Shown: positions 39,406-52,263, counted from the whole stretch's first letter. The stretch: DNA of 63,849 nucleotides, filler included, from Choristocarpus tenellus KU-1152 (GCA_964200185.2; 13 parts of 13 records of this genome joined end to end with filler, not necessarily neighbours in it); one strand, 5' to 3'. Notes: a model not told the origin generated them from the letters alone. A program made the numbers and translations.

Positions 39406-40445
39406 ATCTTCAAAAATTATGGAAAACGCGGCACAGACTTATGTCACGGAGGTAGCACAGTGTTTGAAAGCTTTCAACACAATTCGGAAAATATCCTATA
39501 CACATTGGTAAAAAAAGGCGAAAGTCAAACATATATGTCTGCTTCCTAAAAATGCGACTCTGTTATCTCTTGTTTACTTTGACTCAGTAAAACTTTCAAG
39601 TGGTAGAGGACCTGGTATTAAAAAAATAATTTCCACCAGCCAAATAACATCTGTGTCTCAATAAACCAATGGGACGGATTCATTCACACGGCAAACCCTC
39701 TCCTACCTTACCAACAACAAATTTTCGAGTGCTCTACTCATTTCGTTTATAGTGGCTATGTCAGTGGTAGTGGTACAATTTATCAAATTCTTGGGGTAAC
39801 TCTGCTTATTGATTCACGGCAAGAGTTGACTTTATCTTTAGCCAAACAAGAACTAGGATACCTTTTCGGCAGCCAAGTCTGATAAAAAAACAATATGGAG
39901 TACTATGTGGGAGAAGGTTGTTGTAGAGATATAAAATCATATCTCACTCTTAATTCACCAACAGTCAGTTCCCTTAAGTAGCCACTGTCTCAGCTACCAG
40001 TCTCTGGATTCTAGATAGCCTAAAATATACTCTAGACCACTGAGCATGAGTTATTTTTTACTTGGTACCAGCTGCTGTCTCATTTGAAAATTTCGATTCT
40101 TCTCAACAATAAAAAAATATGATCATCGGTACAGGGAGTGGGGTGCAGGGTGGACATGTCATTTGGGAGTGTGCCATCAGGAAGGATTGCATGTAATCAT
40201 GTGGGGCCATTTTTTCAAGTACATCAAGTCTGATGTCACAGCAATCAAAGCGATGAAGATGTCATTGTCATGAGCAAAAGGAGTAGGAATCAACTCTCCA
40301 GAGTCAGATTTGTCCAATCATTAGGTGATACATGTACTGTTTGAGTGGCACCACACCAACTGAACTTGGCTATCACATTTTTCTGTTATTGTTCCAGATT
40401 ATTTCAGGTGCATTACAAGGCATAGGTTGAAGAGAATTTGCTGCT

Positions 40446-40965
40446 GACCAAAAGAATTTTGAAGGGTAGGAGGTTTTTCCTGTTTGTTTGGGACTTGACT
40501 TCCCACAGGTTTTAGACCCTTTTTCGATTTTCTGTGTTACATTTCGGATTTCGGAGTAGGTAAGATGTATTGAACTATGAAAGGTATGTCTGGAGCAAGG
40601 ATATTAACACTTGCTAATAAACATGATAGTCAAAATTAATAAAAACAACAACATTGGATATGAGTCAAAGTATCTTAGAGGGTAGACCCACGTCCATTTG
40701 GGGCCTAAATCCAATGTTGTGATATTGATGTGATTTTTAGCTATCTTGTTTGCTAAGAGGTGTAAATATCCTTGTTACGGACACATCTTTCATAATGTAT
40801 ATAATTTACATACTCCGAAACATATCAGAGTAGGAAAATGTCATAACAAAAACGTGGAACCAAGCCCCAAACAGACAAACTGGGCAAAACTCGTACCCTC
40901 CAAGATACTTTCACTCTATATGAGCCAAAACAGATGCACCCCTACCCTCCTAAATGCTTTGGCTC
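40446..40965 (+). mobile_element. MITE subfamily B containing a nested MITE A
   Basis: GACCAAAAGAATTTTGAAGGGTAGG ... CCTACCCTCCTAAATGCTTTGGCTC. Confidence 0.82.
40662..40916 (-). mobile_element. MITE subfamily A nested in MITE B
   Basis: 3-bp TSD TAT; removing element plus 3 bp restores the length of the B consensus ACATTGGATTTATGACCC. Confidence 0.9.
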
Positions 40966-41847
40966 TGTCACACCATCAATGAGTACCAAACAGCAGACTA
41001 CATGGAGATTAAACTTACAATTACAACTACTCTCTTTGTGGAGTCGACCCTTGAGACTCGTCAGTTCATACCTCTCTCCTCCTACTTCTTCCTCGTTTGA
41101 AGTGCACAGGATTTTATTATTAGATATGTTAGTCACGTATAATAAATCAATTCCCTTGAAGTGAACCAAACCAGAGAAAGGTATAACTCAAAATCCTATT
41201 GTACCACATTCACAATAGGTTAAATACAAAACCTGGCAATAGCACGCTCAAACTCCCCTGCGCCTCTCCGGGCTACTCCCTGAGCTAATCGCGATTGCAG
41301 AGTCTCATTCGCAGCTATCCTCCTGAAACACAAGGACACAACACACACATATGATTAGATTTATGTGATCCAAACATGTTAACTCTAGTGTGGGGAATCA
41401 TGTCGTTCTCATGTTCACCTCTTCATTCTGTCAGGCACTGTAGTTTCGACTGGCTCAGGTCTCTACTGTTGAGGTAGTTAAAGGAAACATGATGTGTCCT
41501 TTGGGATGGACTCTGGTCCTTCAAGAGCACATTGGGCCTTTATCATTGAAAATATTGATGATATCCAACCTAAAAAAACGTCTAGGATAAAGCCTTGAGG
41601 TGATATCCCTTGCTCATTGTTGGTTACCCTATATACCACATCATTAGACTCTAATTCCAAAATTTCACAACCCAAACCCCTAGCATTACAGATATTGACT
41701 GTACCTAGTTGACTGCATTATGATCCTGAATCAAATCAATTGTTGAGCTTCACATTTGTGCACCACAGATTTTCTGTTATCACTCACAATTAGCAGCACC
41801 TACATATGTGCTTTGGGCACTTTTAATTCCAAATCTTTTCTAAATTG

Positions 41848-42106
41848 GAGTGAAAGTATCTTAGAGGGTACGAGTTATGCCCTGTCTGTCCATTCGGGGT
41901 TTGGCTTCCAATGGGTTCTTTTATGAAATTTTCCTACTCCAAAATGTTTAGGAGTAGATAAAGTGTATACATCATGAAAAGGTATGTCCAGAACATGGAT
42001 ATTAACATTTCCTTAACAAACACGACGGCCAAAATTACATAAAAATCGCAACAATGGGTTTTGGACCCAAATGGACGCGGCTCTACCCTCTAAGATACTT
42101 TGGCTC
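41848..42106 (+). mobile_element. MITE subfamily A
   Basis: TIRs; 4-bp TSD ATTG. Confidence 0.92.
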
Positions 42107-44159
42107 ATTGCGATCAATTTATCCAGACTAATTGTTGTTTTCAGAAGGTGTATAGAGCTCAACACCCTTCAAATCACTGATCGGTTATCTCTACCATGCG
42201 ACCACTGTGTGGTGTTTAGGACCTGATGGCGGCACTCTGGAACCAAGTGATATATACCAATCAAACACTGGTCATCGTGTAACTCTGCGGCGGAATACAT
42301 AAAATAAACGGCAGGAAATCATTCTCAATCATTGGTATGTTGGTTCTTGTCCCTCTCATCACAATATCAGCGATACATCAAGTGGGCATATGACAATTAG
42401 AAAATAACTAAATGAACGTCTGTGTATTCACAAATAGAACGCATGTCAATGTTCTATATAAGTCGGGCTGTCCTTTGGTTAGCAAGGATTCAGCAAGGAC
42501 ATGTAGGGATCGCACATTCAAGACCATTTTGTTTGATTCCACATTGGATCTGCCCCTAGAAAATTGTGACCAATGAATGCACGTACTAAAGGTTAAAGTT
42601 TTGGCTAACGTTTTTGAGATAATTGTCTCGATACCTCAGGGTGCCAATCATCCAGGCAAATCTAACGGAGGTCACAGTTGCTGGAGAGTAATTCCACTCT
42701 AGTGCAAAGAGGAGAACGAAAACTTCCGTGTGGACTTTTGGTGCTGATGACAATGACTGTTGCAACCCTAAAGCATACAGCTTGCCGGTCGCCTATGGTA
42801 TCATCTGTCTTGTTGAGGTACGCCGAGAAGGATGGACTGGTGGTGGACAGGGGTGAGACGCTCGAAATTCCGTCGCTGAGCCGATTGGACTCTATCGTGA
42901 AGGGCATATTCGGCAACCCTCTACCGTCCTCCTCTGAACCTGCGCATGGGACACGAATAACCGACAGACCTGAGCTGTGAGAAAAATAGGAACCTACAAT
43001 TATAGGCTCACAGATAATACTTGCAAAAAACTCTAGGGTCGACAAGAACGAAAATGCATATATGGGTGATTGTTAGAGTTCCCGTTACCATCTCACGTAG
43101 AGCGCGCTATGCGTCACATGACTTCATCGATAATGTGGAAATATTTACTTCAATGACAGGAAGAAGAGGTGGGGCTAAGTGAGAGGACAGGAAATAGGCG
43201 CGAACTTCCCCTTGCTCCAACAATATATATATATACTGCGGAGTACATATATACACACTCCAGCTTGTGGTCGTATGATCTGTTCAGGAAGAAGGTATTA
43301 TTGTTACAAACCTGAAACAACGTCATGATCTCCAGAGGTATCTGCGTAGCGGCAGCTTATTGATGTACCACACCAGCATGGGGTTCAGAAACCGACAAGC
43401 AGTATAATGACTAAAGTCAATTGACAAGTAGGGGTGGCCACCTGGTAGAACCACGTTCGTGAACTCATCATCGTAGACGTCGTAGCCGATTACACAGTTA
43501 GTGTCCACGCCCAAAACAACAGCCCCAAGGACAGCACCGGCAAAACTGGGCCTAGAGAAAAGTCGCATCTTTTTGTCGTAGTTTTCCAATGATTGGAGCT
43601 TGGAGTGATCGATTTCTCGGTCAACAAGTTGGCAGTTACTCTTTGTTACGGTCTCCATTAAGGTTAAAGGTTTCACACAAAATTGGAAATTACCTTTTTT
43701 AAAAGTTTATTATTTTTGAATGGTGATGATATGAACATGTCACCAGTCTAATTGTCAAAACTAATTGATATTTTTGTGCTTGTGGGGGAATACTTATGCG
43801 GGCTTAACTGGAAGGCACTTCACAGGGCGTTCTAGATGTACAAGTGATGACCCAAGGACGTAGTAGTAGAATCTGTCACCAAACAATGTCAACTTAGAGT
43901 TGGTGTAGCTGAGAGTTTGTCCAGATCTATGCAAAAAATTGCGTCCCACCTGTTTTGGTGAGTGAACGGGTATTCAACACAACGACACACGATTCTGAGG
44001 CGTGAAATAGAATCACACCAAGTCAGATTGTGCGGGTGATGTGTCTTGCGCGCTTCACGCCGGAAATTACATGGGTTAATATAGAATACTATTTTGCTGA
44101 GTGTGGTGTAAAGCTTAGGGTGGGCCTGTAAACCCAGATCGAGATTTTCATACATCTGC

Positions 44160-45049
44160 CTGTGGCGTTGGTGTTGATTTTGTCTTCTTGGCGTAGTCTG
44201 ATGATGTCAAAACCACGACGCTCACTCTTGATGAACTAGTCAAGGTTTACAAGCACAATCTGCAAGTCTACTAGATCAACTGTGGTTACAGTGTTCACAA
44301 TTCAAATGAATTCTCGAGATTTGTTCAAGGATGGATGGTGTAGATATACTACCGACACCCATAGACCGTTCAACAGCCCTATTTTCATTCATGTTCTCCC
44401 TCAGGCACGCTCGCACCATCCTTGTTCCCTGACGACATGCTGGTACTTCAACCGCATCGTCCTCCTCAAATCTTCCTGGATGTGCACGATCCAGTTCCAG
44501 GCGGCTCCTAACGACCACCCTCGACTAAAGTAGGTCTAATACTAATGCCTCGAGCCTGGTCCTATGCCTAGGTCTTGTTGAAGTATTCCACACTGGACCC
44601 GCGGTTAAAAGATGATCAATGATGTGTCTTGGCAGAGGATGATATGTACAACCAAGCATCACTCATGGAAACATCAAGAAATGTAGTACTGACCATACAC
44701 AACATACGTTATTAACAATGTATGTACATTAGTATTACTAAGGCGTACATGTACTATTCATCTGTCCGTACAGTATGGTAACAGATTTGAACATTTGGCA
44801 TGATGTGAATATATAGTATTAACGTTACAAGGGGCTTGCGGTCTCAATTCCATTGACTGAAACACTTTGGGTTATACAGGTGTAGGGTAACATGTGGGGT
44901 TTGCAACGTCTACCTGGATAAATGGAAATGAATACTATCACTGTTGGAACCATTTTGGGCTGATTTTCGATCGATGTGCGATACTTCTCGATATACTGGA
45001 AGCTCTCTACATCAAGAAAGGTGTTAGAAGGCAAACAGTCTCGTTGAGT
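44160..45049 (-). pseudogene. Spliced ParB/Srx-like gene, decayed paralogue of 62661-63602 (exons 45049-44914, 44627-44359, 44279-~44160; possible further exons near 43620-43330 and 42978-42700)
   Basis: AG/GT-bounded exons give YIEKYRTSIENQPKMVPTVIV, PTLVEGG(R*), RACLRENMNENRAVERSM|VDLVDLQIVL, aligning by eye with RKSIKEKG..PSVVI, RVLDGNHR and ESVVERTLYDKIYFQHEL; stops and frameshifts. Confidence 0.62.
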
Positions 45050-46389
45050 CTGTGTGGGATTAGGGTGCCAGTCAAGAGATAGACTGTTGTTTGGGGTATT
45101 TCTCTTCCCTTTAGAAAATGAGGTGTGCAGGACTTAGCCTCCGGTCAATAGACTTCAATCAAGTCCATAAACTTGCTTGGGGATAGTCAGCCGTTGGTGG
45201 ACTCCCTACCTCATATTCGTGCCACAGGTGTCAATCTGAACTCTTCAAGAATCTACAGAATCAATATTTCGGGATGTCACAAAATTGAACTCCATCAACA
45301 GCAGAAGTTCTCAGTTGGATATCGCGTGTTTATTATTTCTTCTTGACTGGCATTATTATGGTCGGGTGGGATTCCAGCAGTTGAGATTTTTGTGCTAAAT
45401 CCTTGTGGGTATGAAAAGTCGTATTTTTGAAACTCTTCATTTCCAGCATGGATTTCGAGGATTGTCTGCCTTAATTACATTTTTTATAGGGGGGGGGAAT
45501 GGAGGAGGGTTCCTTGCCGTGGCATTTTTGACAGGGTTGCAGTCCACCTTGGTGTACGTAAGTCATATTAGGTTGCAATATGCTTCCCATTCCTGCTCCT
45601 ACCTCTCCATTATCTCCCAGGGTTCCTTACCTCTCCTGCCAAATCGTGCTCCTTCACATGCTGCATCAAATCATTCTTGCCTCTTGCGCAATCCTGGGCC
45701 CTCCTTAATGATACACTGCAAACCACGATATCCATCCCATACAAAACCACAACTCTTCCCTCCGTTCGTATGAGGAAATGGACGGCGGAGCTGCGATTGA
45801 GTTAGGAATGGAAAGGTTGATTAAAGTATGGGGTAGAGGAGGGTTTTGGATTGAGGAAGAGGCGACAGGGATTGGATGCAGAATGTGAAGGAGCATGATT
45901 TTCGCCGGAGAGAATTGGGATGGAATTCACGGGTGTTTTGTTGCACTATGACACCTTTCGTCAAAAGTGCTAACGAAAGAACAACTGAACACACTTTCAC
46001 ATCATTGTCTGATTGAGTAAAACGTGTCATTAGACCTGCCAGAACAAATTCAACGGTGCTTGTTGCACTATGATACCCTTCGTCACAAACTAGACACAGC
46101 AAAACAATGCACAACACATACGATTTCAGGTTTCAACATATGTCGTGAGTTGTTGCCCTCATTTTTTTATTGCTGCGTGTTTTGACTTCAAATAAAATCA
46201 ATTAGCTAATATGAACCACCTTGTTCGGCGTGAGGCAGGTTTGCTGAGGGGTCGCAACGAATTCACGAGAACCCAGCAAGCCAGCATCTTAAAGGTTTCC
46301 TACCAAAAAGGTACCTGTAACTGTACACGCCTGCGAAACCTGGGGAGCTTTAAGGACCTATAAAAATACCGCGAACAAACATCACGTAG

Positions 46390-46614
46390 ACGAAGAGCTT
46401 TTCTTATTGAGCATTGTGACAGTGAGGTCCACGTCTCGTTCAAGTCGTTCATGTACAGTCTGGAGTGGGACAACTCGCAAGGGTCGATTCGTTGCTTGTG
46501 GCTCTCCCCAACGTGTGTTTTGTCGGTCCTATGCTGTGGATGTGAGACACAGCACCCTACAAGCTGAAGGTGGTGGAGGAGGCGACGATAAGGAGCGTCC
46601 AACAGTGATATGAG
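46390..46614 (+). pseudogene. Decayed exon resembling the post-catalytic region of Sola1/DUF7869 transposases
   Basis: AG..GT bounded; RRAFLIEHCDSEVHVSFKSFMYSLEWDNSQG fits an F.i....v.v.[FY]K..m...W pattern recalled for this family; no catalytic residues seen. Confidence 0.33.
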
Positions 46615-47379
46615 GTATCCCACACAAGCTTTGAAAGTACTTATCCATGTGGTGGGTGAAAATAGGGTGCAACGAGTGTAGGATGTACGTACAAATTCTG
46701 TAGCAAAATGTTACAAAAAAATTTATTCGAACAGTTCGCCTTCTGTTAATGTCAGAAACCAATATTCCCGGAATTTGAAGTTAATTCTGCAGTGTGTTGG
46801 TACAGTGTTGGCTGTCTCTTCCTGCATCAACTTTGTCGTGCTATAACTTTTGGTCAACAACAATTTGTTTCATGAAAATTCGTTTGTTGTAATCGCATGA
46901 GCATGCTTAACCTTATCTGATGGGTCTCAGTAATCGTGAGAAATACAGGACCATACTTAAATCAAGTAGTCCGCACGCACTGTTCGCGCGGCGGTGCCAC
47001 GCGTTCACGCATTTAAGGTTGATTTTGACGCCAGAAGAGGTCATCTTCACCTGGAGAACATGGGCGTTGTTGCCTTTCCACTTTCTTTCCATTATTTCCC
47101 GCTTATGCGATGTTGTAACCTGCTGGCTAAGGCTCATGGGGGCCCAGGCCTCTGAACCAAATATTTCATGCCAAGTCAAATGAGGAATTCTGAAGGTGCA
47201 GGCCTCCGGTGAGACTTAAATGTCTTGTACACCTTGTCCAATTTGGTGCACTCCATGCCTTTCTCGTGGGAATATATCAGGTAGTAAACAATACTCATCC
47301 TGAAGAACCTCTCCGCAATTACTCTGTAGTGTCTAAAACAGTATTAAGCCGAGGTCCGCCCATGTACCGTTTTGGTGGT

Positions 47380-47693
47380 GACCAATCTTGATTTGTTTTG
47401 AAAGGGTTGCCCAACGAATTAAACGACGATGAGCATGTCAGGTGAACGCTCTGGATCTAAGCTATCACTAGTTCAAAGGAATTCTTTCGGGAAAATATGT
47501 TTGGTCATGATAATTCATTCCTGAACATTTCCATGGTTGTGCCGAAAACATCCGGCTAAAATTGAACCTTTCCAAGATAATTTCCCGAAAAAATTCCTTG
47601 CACCACTGATAGCTTAGATCCAGAGCGTTCATTTGATATGCTCATCGTTGTTTAACCCGTTGGGTAACCTCTTGAAAACAATCAAGACTGGTC
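47380..47693. repeat. Fold-back element, ~125-bp imperfect inverted arms
   Basis: GAACGCTCTGGATCTAAGCTATCA vs TGATAGCTTAGATCCAGAGCGTTC within longer complementary arms. Confidence 0.9.
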
Positions 47694-48675
47694 TCATCCT
47701 AGAGGCGACTGCCAATACTATAGCCGAACTAATAATCTGATTATAAATCCATTTCCCCACTCTACCATTTCCAGACTCTCTAGATAGTTACCATTTCCCT
47801 GCTATGACGATTTTGCGACAAATCATTGCATTTTGGCCCAGATCGAGCAAGGGTAGAGAAAGCCAAGGCCAAGCGCAGTAATCGGTCAACTTACAGAGGA
47901 TGAAGGGAGGGAGGTTTCGATCTGCCCACACATTGGCTGAGGGGAAACCAAGAAGACAGCAGCAGGGACAGTGAGAGCACCAGCAGCACCAGCAGCGGCA
48001 ATAACAGCTCTGATGACAATGATGGTGGCATTCAGGGGATAAGGACCCAGGCGCAAAAGGGGGACGGCCCTTGCGGAGTGATAAAACTGGAGTAGAGCAT
48101 TTTGCCTCCTTTCTGCCAGATTGGGCCCCTTTCCTTGTGGGAAAAATCACGAATGTACCGCAGGCAGAAGGTGTGGAGGAACAGGAAATATAGGAAGAGG
48201 TGCCAATTCAGTGGTGGAGCCCTGCTGACGCCAAAATTCGTGCTGCCGCCGCCTCCATGGATCTCAACACCTACAGTAAAGGCGTCTTCGCTAAGGATCA
48301 TTTCCCTCAGGAAAGTCGAGGCCATTGTCAGCTGGTTGCGGATCAAAGCTGGGAACTGCTGTCGGGGGTGATGGTAATCTGCCCCGCCTTAATTGGCCTA
48401 GGCAGAAATATCTCAGGGAAGACCTTAGGATTCTTAGTCAAAATCAGAGGCAATACAGAACGGAAGTGTGCCACTGAGGGGGCAGACAGCCTGGGTACCG
48501 ATTATGGCTGACCTGTGAGTATGTGGACTTACTACTTGCTGTAGCACAGTGGGTTAGGTACTTTAGCAGCAGAAGAAGGTACCAGTCATCGTGCATGAGG
48601 CAAGCAAAATTTCTGGTGTCGTTCGTTCCGAGGGATAAAAACGTGTGTTAAGTCTTGTTCTTAGTTTTACCATGT

Positions 48676-48866
48676 GACCCAAAGTATCTGGGGGAGGGGG
48701 GGGGGTCAACACCAGAGTGTCTATTTGGACCAAAACCAGAAAAAAAGTGCACTTTAATTTTATTATACATCCAATGTATGGAACCAAATCACCCAAAAAT
48801 CGCGATATGAAAAAATTGGTCCCAAATGGACAGTCGCCACCCCCCCCCCCCCCCCCCCCCCCCCCT
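48676..48866 (-). mobile_element. MITE subfamily C (right end lost in poly-C)
   Basis: GACCCAAAGTATCTGGGG start; internal match to other C copies. Confidence 0.82.
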
Positions 48867-49004
48867 TAAGGTCTTTTGCCCCCTGAAAACCCGGTTCAAG
48901 GGCANNNNNNNNNNNNNNNNNNNNNNNNNNNNNNNNNNNNNNNNNNNNTTAATTAATTAANNNNNNNNNNNNNNNNNNNNNNNNNNNNNNNNNNNNNNNN
49001 NNNN

Positions 49005-52000
49005 TCTTGGTCATCATCCTGTACCTGGGTCAGTGTTGCTCCAGCCCCTTCCTCACTAGCATCTGTATGAAGAAGGAACTTCTTATCCCAATCAGGAAAG
49101 ACTAGGATTGGTGGGGAGACCAGACGCACCTTAAGTTCTTCAAAGGCTTTCTGCTCCTCTGGTCCCCAAGGAATACTCTTCTTCCTATCTCTTTTGGAGG
49201 CATACCCTTTGTTCCGGAGGATGTTAGTCAGAGGTGCAGCTACTTGGCCGTAGTTCGGAACAAACTGACGCATGTATCCTGTCATGCCTAGGAAACTTCT
49301 TAACTGCTCAACTGTAGATGGGGGATCAAGTTTTGCTACCGCTATCATTTTTGATGGGGCAGGACTCAAGCCGTCTCTACCTACCTTCATTCCTACAAAT
49401 TCTTGTGAGGGCATGCACCACGAGGATTTGGGAAAATTCACAGACAGGCCATATTGCTTGAGTCTGGTAAGAAGGAGGCGAAGTTTGGTCATGTGTTCAT
49501 CAAATGATGAGCTATAGCAAAAAAGATCGTCTAGCCAGTTTTCACACCGTTTCCTTTGAGATCTCCTAATGCCTCTCTCATGTAACTAGAGAATACTGCA
49601 GGTAGGATTTTCAACCCAAAGCCACACCTGTTGTATTCCCAAAGTTGTCCATGAGCGTCACGAAAGGCTGTCTTATGTTTGTCTACCTCTGCAATTTCTA
49701 GTTGAAAGAATCCTGATGCTAAATCTATGGCAGTAAAATAGCTAGAACCCTTACGCTTACCAAAGATGCCGGCGATGTTTCCGAGACCTCCACTATCACT
49801 TCGCGAGAGGTCATTAAGCATCCTATAGTCTGTGCACAACCTCAGGGTTCCATCTTTCTTACGTACTGCTACTACTGCTGCTGCCCATGCTGAGTTAGAG
49901 GGTCTGATAATACCACGTTCCTGTAACTGCTTAACCTCGGCTTGAATCATCTGCATTTCTTCAGGGGAAAAGCGCCTTTGTTTCGCTGCATAGGGTGTGC
50001 AGTTCTCGTCTAATAGTGGTATATGTAGTACTCCTCTAGAGCATGGGGGAACTCGTTTGGGGTCTTCAGCGAATACCCCTAAATTTCTAAATTCTTCCAA
50101 CAATTCCACCAACTGTTTCTTCTGCCTTGGTGTCAGCTGTCCCATATTGGCATCGCTGAGGCTCACCGATTGATGTCGGACTCCCTTGGCTTCACCTGAA
50201 GGGGTGTCTTCTTCTTCTGCTACCGGGCAGTCACCAGTCTCGTCTGCTTCTGGGGAATGCCCTGTCTGAAAACTAGTCTTGGCAAGCAGAACCTGTGCTT
50301 TTTGAGGGTCTTTGGGGAAATGGGCTAGTGACTGAAAGAGTGCAACCACCCTCTCTGTGTACTTGGTATTCAGAGCAATCGCCTTTGCAACCGGCAGACC
50401 TGCCTGGACACTGCTGGGCTTGCTGCACGTATTTACCAGCTTGCAATAAATAGGGGTTCCTGGGTTCCACCATTGTACACCTCTGGCAACTCCGACAGCA
50501 TTCCCTAATTCCAGGTTATACTCTGCTAAGGGCTCAATCATCACCAACTGTCTGGACTGTGGCTGTGCCCCCTTGACAAATCCTTTGCAGACTTTGCTGA
50601 CAAACCCTTGTACATGTTCTTCTTCTGACGGACGCGATTCCCATTGCAGAGTCCCATCATCTTCCCACGCTACCTCTACCTAAAGGGGTACTACACCTGG
50701 ATTCTCCAATGGCTGGGTCCGGGGATTCTTGTCTTGGGTAAGATCTATCATGGCAATACCTGCCTCTGGATCCATATCTTGGGTGCCTGCTTCTGGGCGT
50801 ACATAAAAAAATGTTGCATGTTCCTTTTCTGGTGGTGTATGCTCACCAGTTAGAGTACTAGTGTATCTTGGGAGTCTAGGGACTGTGTTAGGGGGGGGTT
50901 CTCTACATTCAGCTGATCTGGGCTTATTGGGAGGCAGTCTGTGGTACTTGGATGGTCGGGTTGTGGGAGTCATTGATGCTTGCCATTCTCCTAGGGCTGA
51001 CAGGGGTGCATTGTTATCACGAGGTCGGGGTGTCACAGCTCGAAGAAAAGGTATCCATGGTGAATTTGGAGCTGGTCGAAAGCCTTCCCCCTCGAAATGA
51101 CAGTACGCTCTTGTTCTGCCTACAGAATGCGGCTCCCAGAACCATCCCGTAAGGTAAGCCTTCCACTACTCTAAATGTCACATTGTGGACTCTATCCTCT
51201 GGGGGAAACAATATTGGCAGTATGCAGGATACTAGCACCTGCATAGGTGGAATACTGCATCCTTTCGGGTTTGCCGCATGCAACGTTCCCTTACCAGTTT
51301 GGTTAAGGTGTGGTAAGCCGGTACTACCTCCCCAAAGAGTAGTACTGCGCCAGAAAGCAGACGAGATATAGTTCCCACCTCCTGCACCTTTGTCAAGGAG
51401 TATCTGTGCAGGCATTCTCGAGCGGACTTTGCGAGGGTGCCACAGCAGTGCAGATAAGTCATACTTGACTAGTTCGTTGGGCATTAGACATAGTGGATAT
51501 GTTCGAGGCAAGAGTGGGGGTCATGTTTCCTATGGCTACAGTGCCTAAGTTCCCTGGAGCTGAAGACTCCAGGGCGCACCTTCAGGGCAACTTGGGAACT
51601 TCAGAATCGGTCGAGCTGCTTGCAAATGGTGGCGGAAACTCAAAGTGTTGCATCGCGGCGAGGTAGTGCAAATGGGCATCTGTCAATGCTACCATCGTAT
51701 GTGACTCGTTCGCTGGGGTGGTACTTGGCTTATCTTGGGACAGATATGCAAAGTAACCCTTAGGTACTACGGAGTCGTCGTGAGTATACTTGCACCTGCG
51801 ACTGATAGACTTGAAGCATTCGCGACCAAAGGCATGATGGAAACAAACTCGATGTGCCTTGAGCCACTCGACAACCTCATCTTGGGAAGCAGATGGCAAA
51901 GGTAAATCCTTACCCGAATGGTGTCGACCTGCATCGCTCGCTCTGTCTGTGGTTTAGAGGACGTGGATCGGGGCACAGGCTGGGTGGCGGGTGTTGCTGG

Positions 52001-52263
52001 GCGAACGGGCGCGGATGCATTGCTCTTCGAAACGAACGTGGTACCATGTTTCCCAGGAGCAGAAGCAGGTTGGTTTGTCAACGCAGCACAGACAATGGGC
52101 AGGGGGTTTTGGGACAAAACAGGTTGGAGCATCGATGCGAGGGCCACCAGCACACTGTTGACCACTTCTTGGTGTGGTGACGGAGTCTGGCTTGGCACCT
52201 CCTGTGGCAAGGATGTCCTGCTATGTTGAGGTAATTCCAGTTCCTGTCAGCCTACCGGGGTGT
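49005..52263 (-). mobile_element. Ty3/Gypsy internal region (gag end-PR-RT-RNase H start), frameshifted
   Basis: Protease ILLDKGAG...MVLG; RT RKKDGTLRLCTDYR, IDLASGFFQ, KTAF, GFGL, NWLDD; LRSFLGMTGY; RNase H LHTDAS. Confidence 0.96.

Noticed and set aside
40120-40300. ITCNPS*W as a Helitron Rep motif
   Set aside because: Short, interrupted by a stop, and no other Rep or helicase motifs nearby
686-42106. Recurring short ORFs with GSQAPNGQTGQNSYPLRYF / KPSPKWTNRAKLVPSKILS
   Set aside because: Translations of non-coding MITE A/B sequence; frames are not conserved between copies
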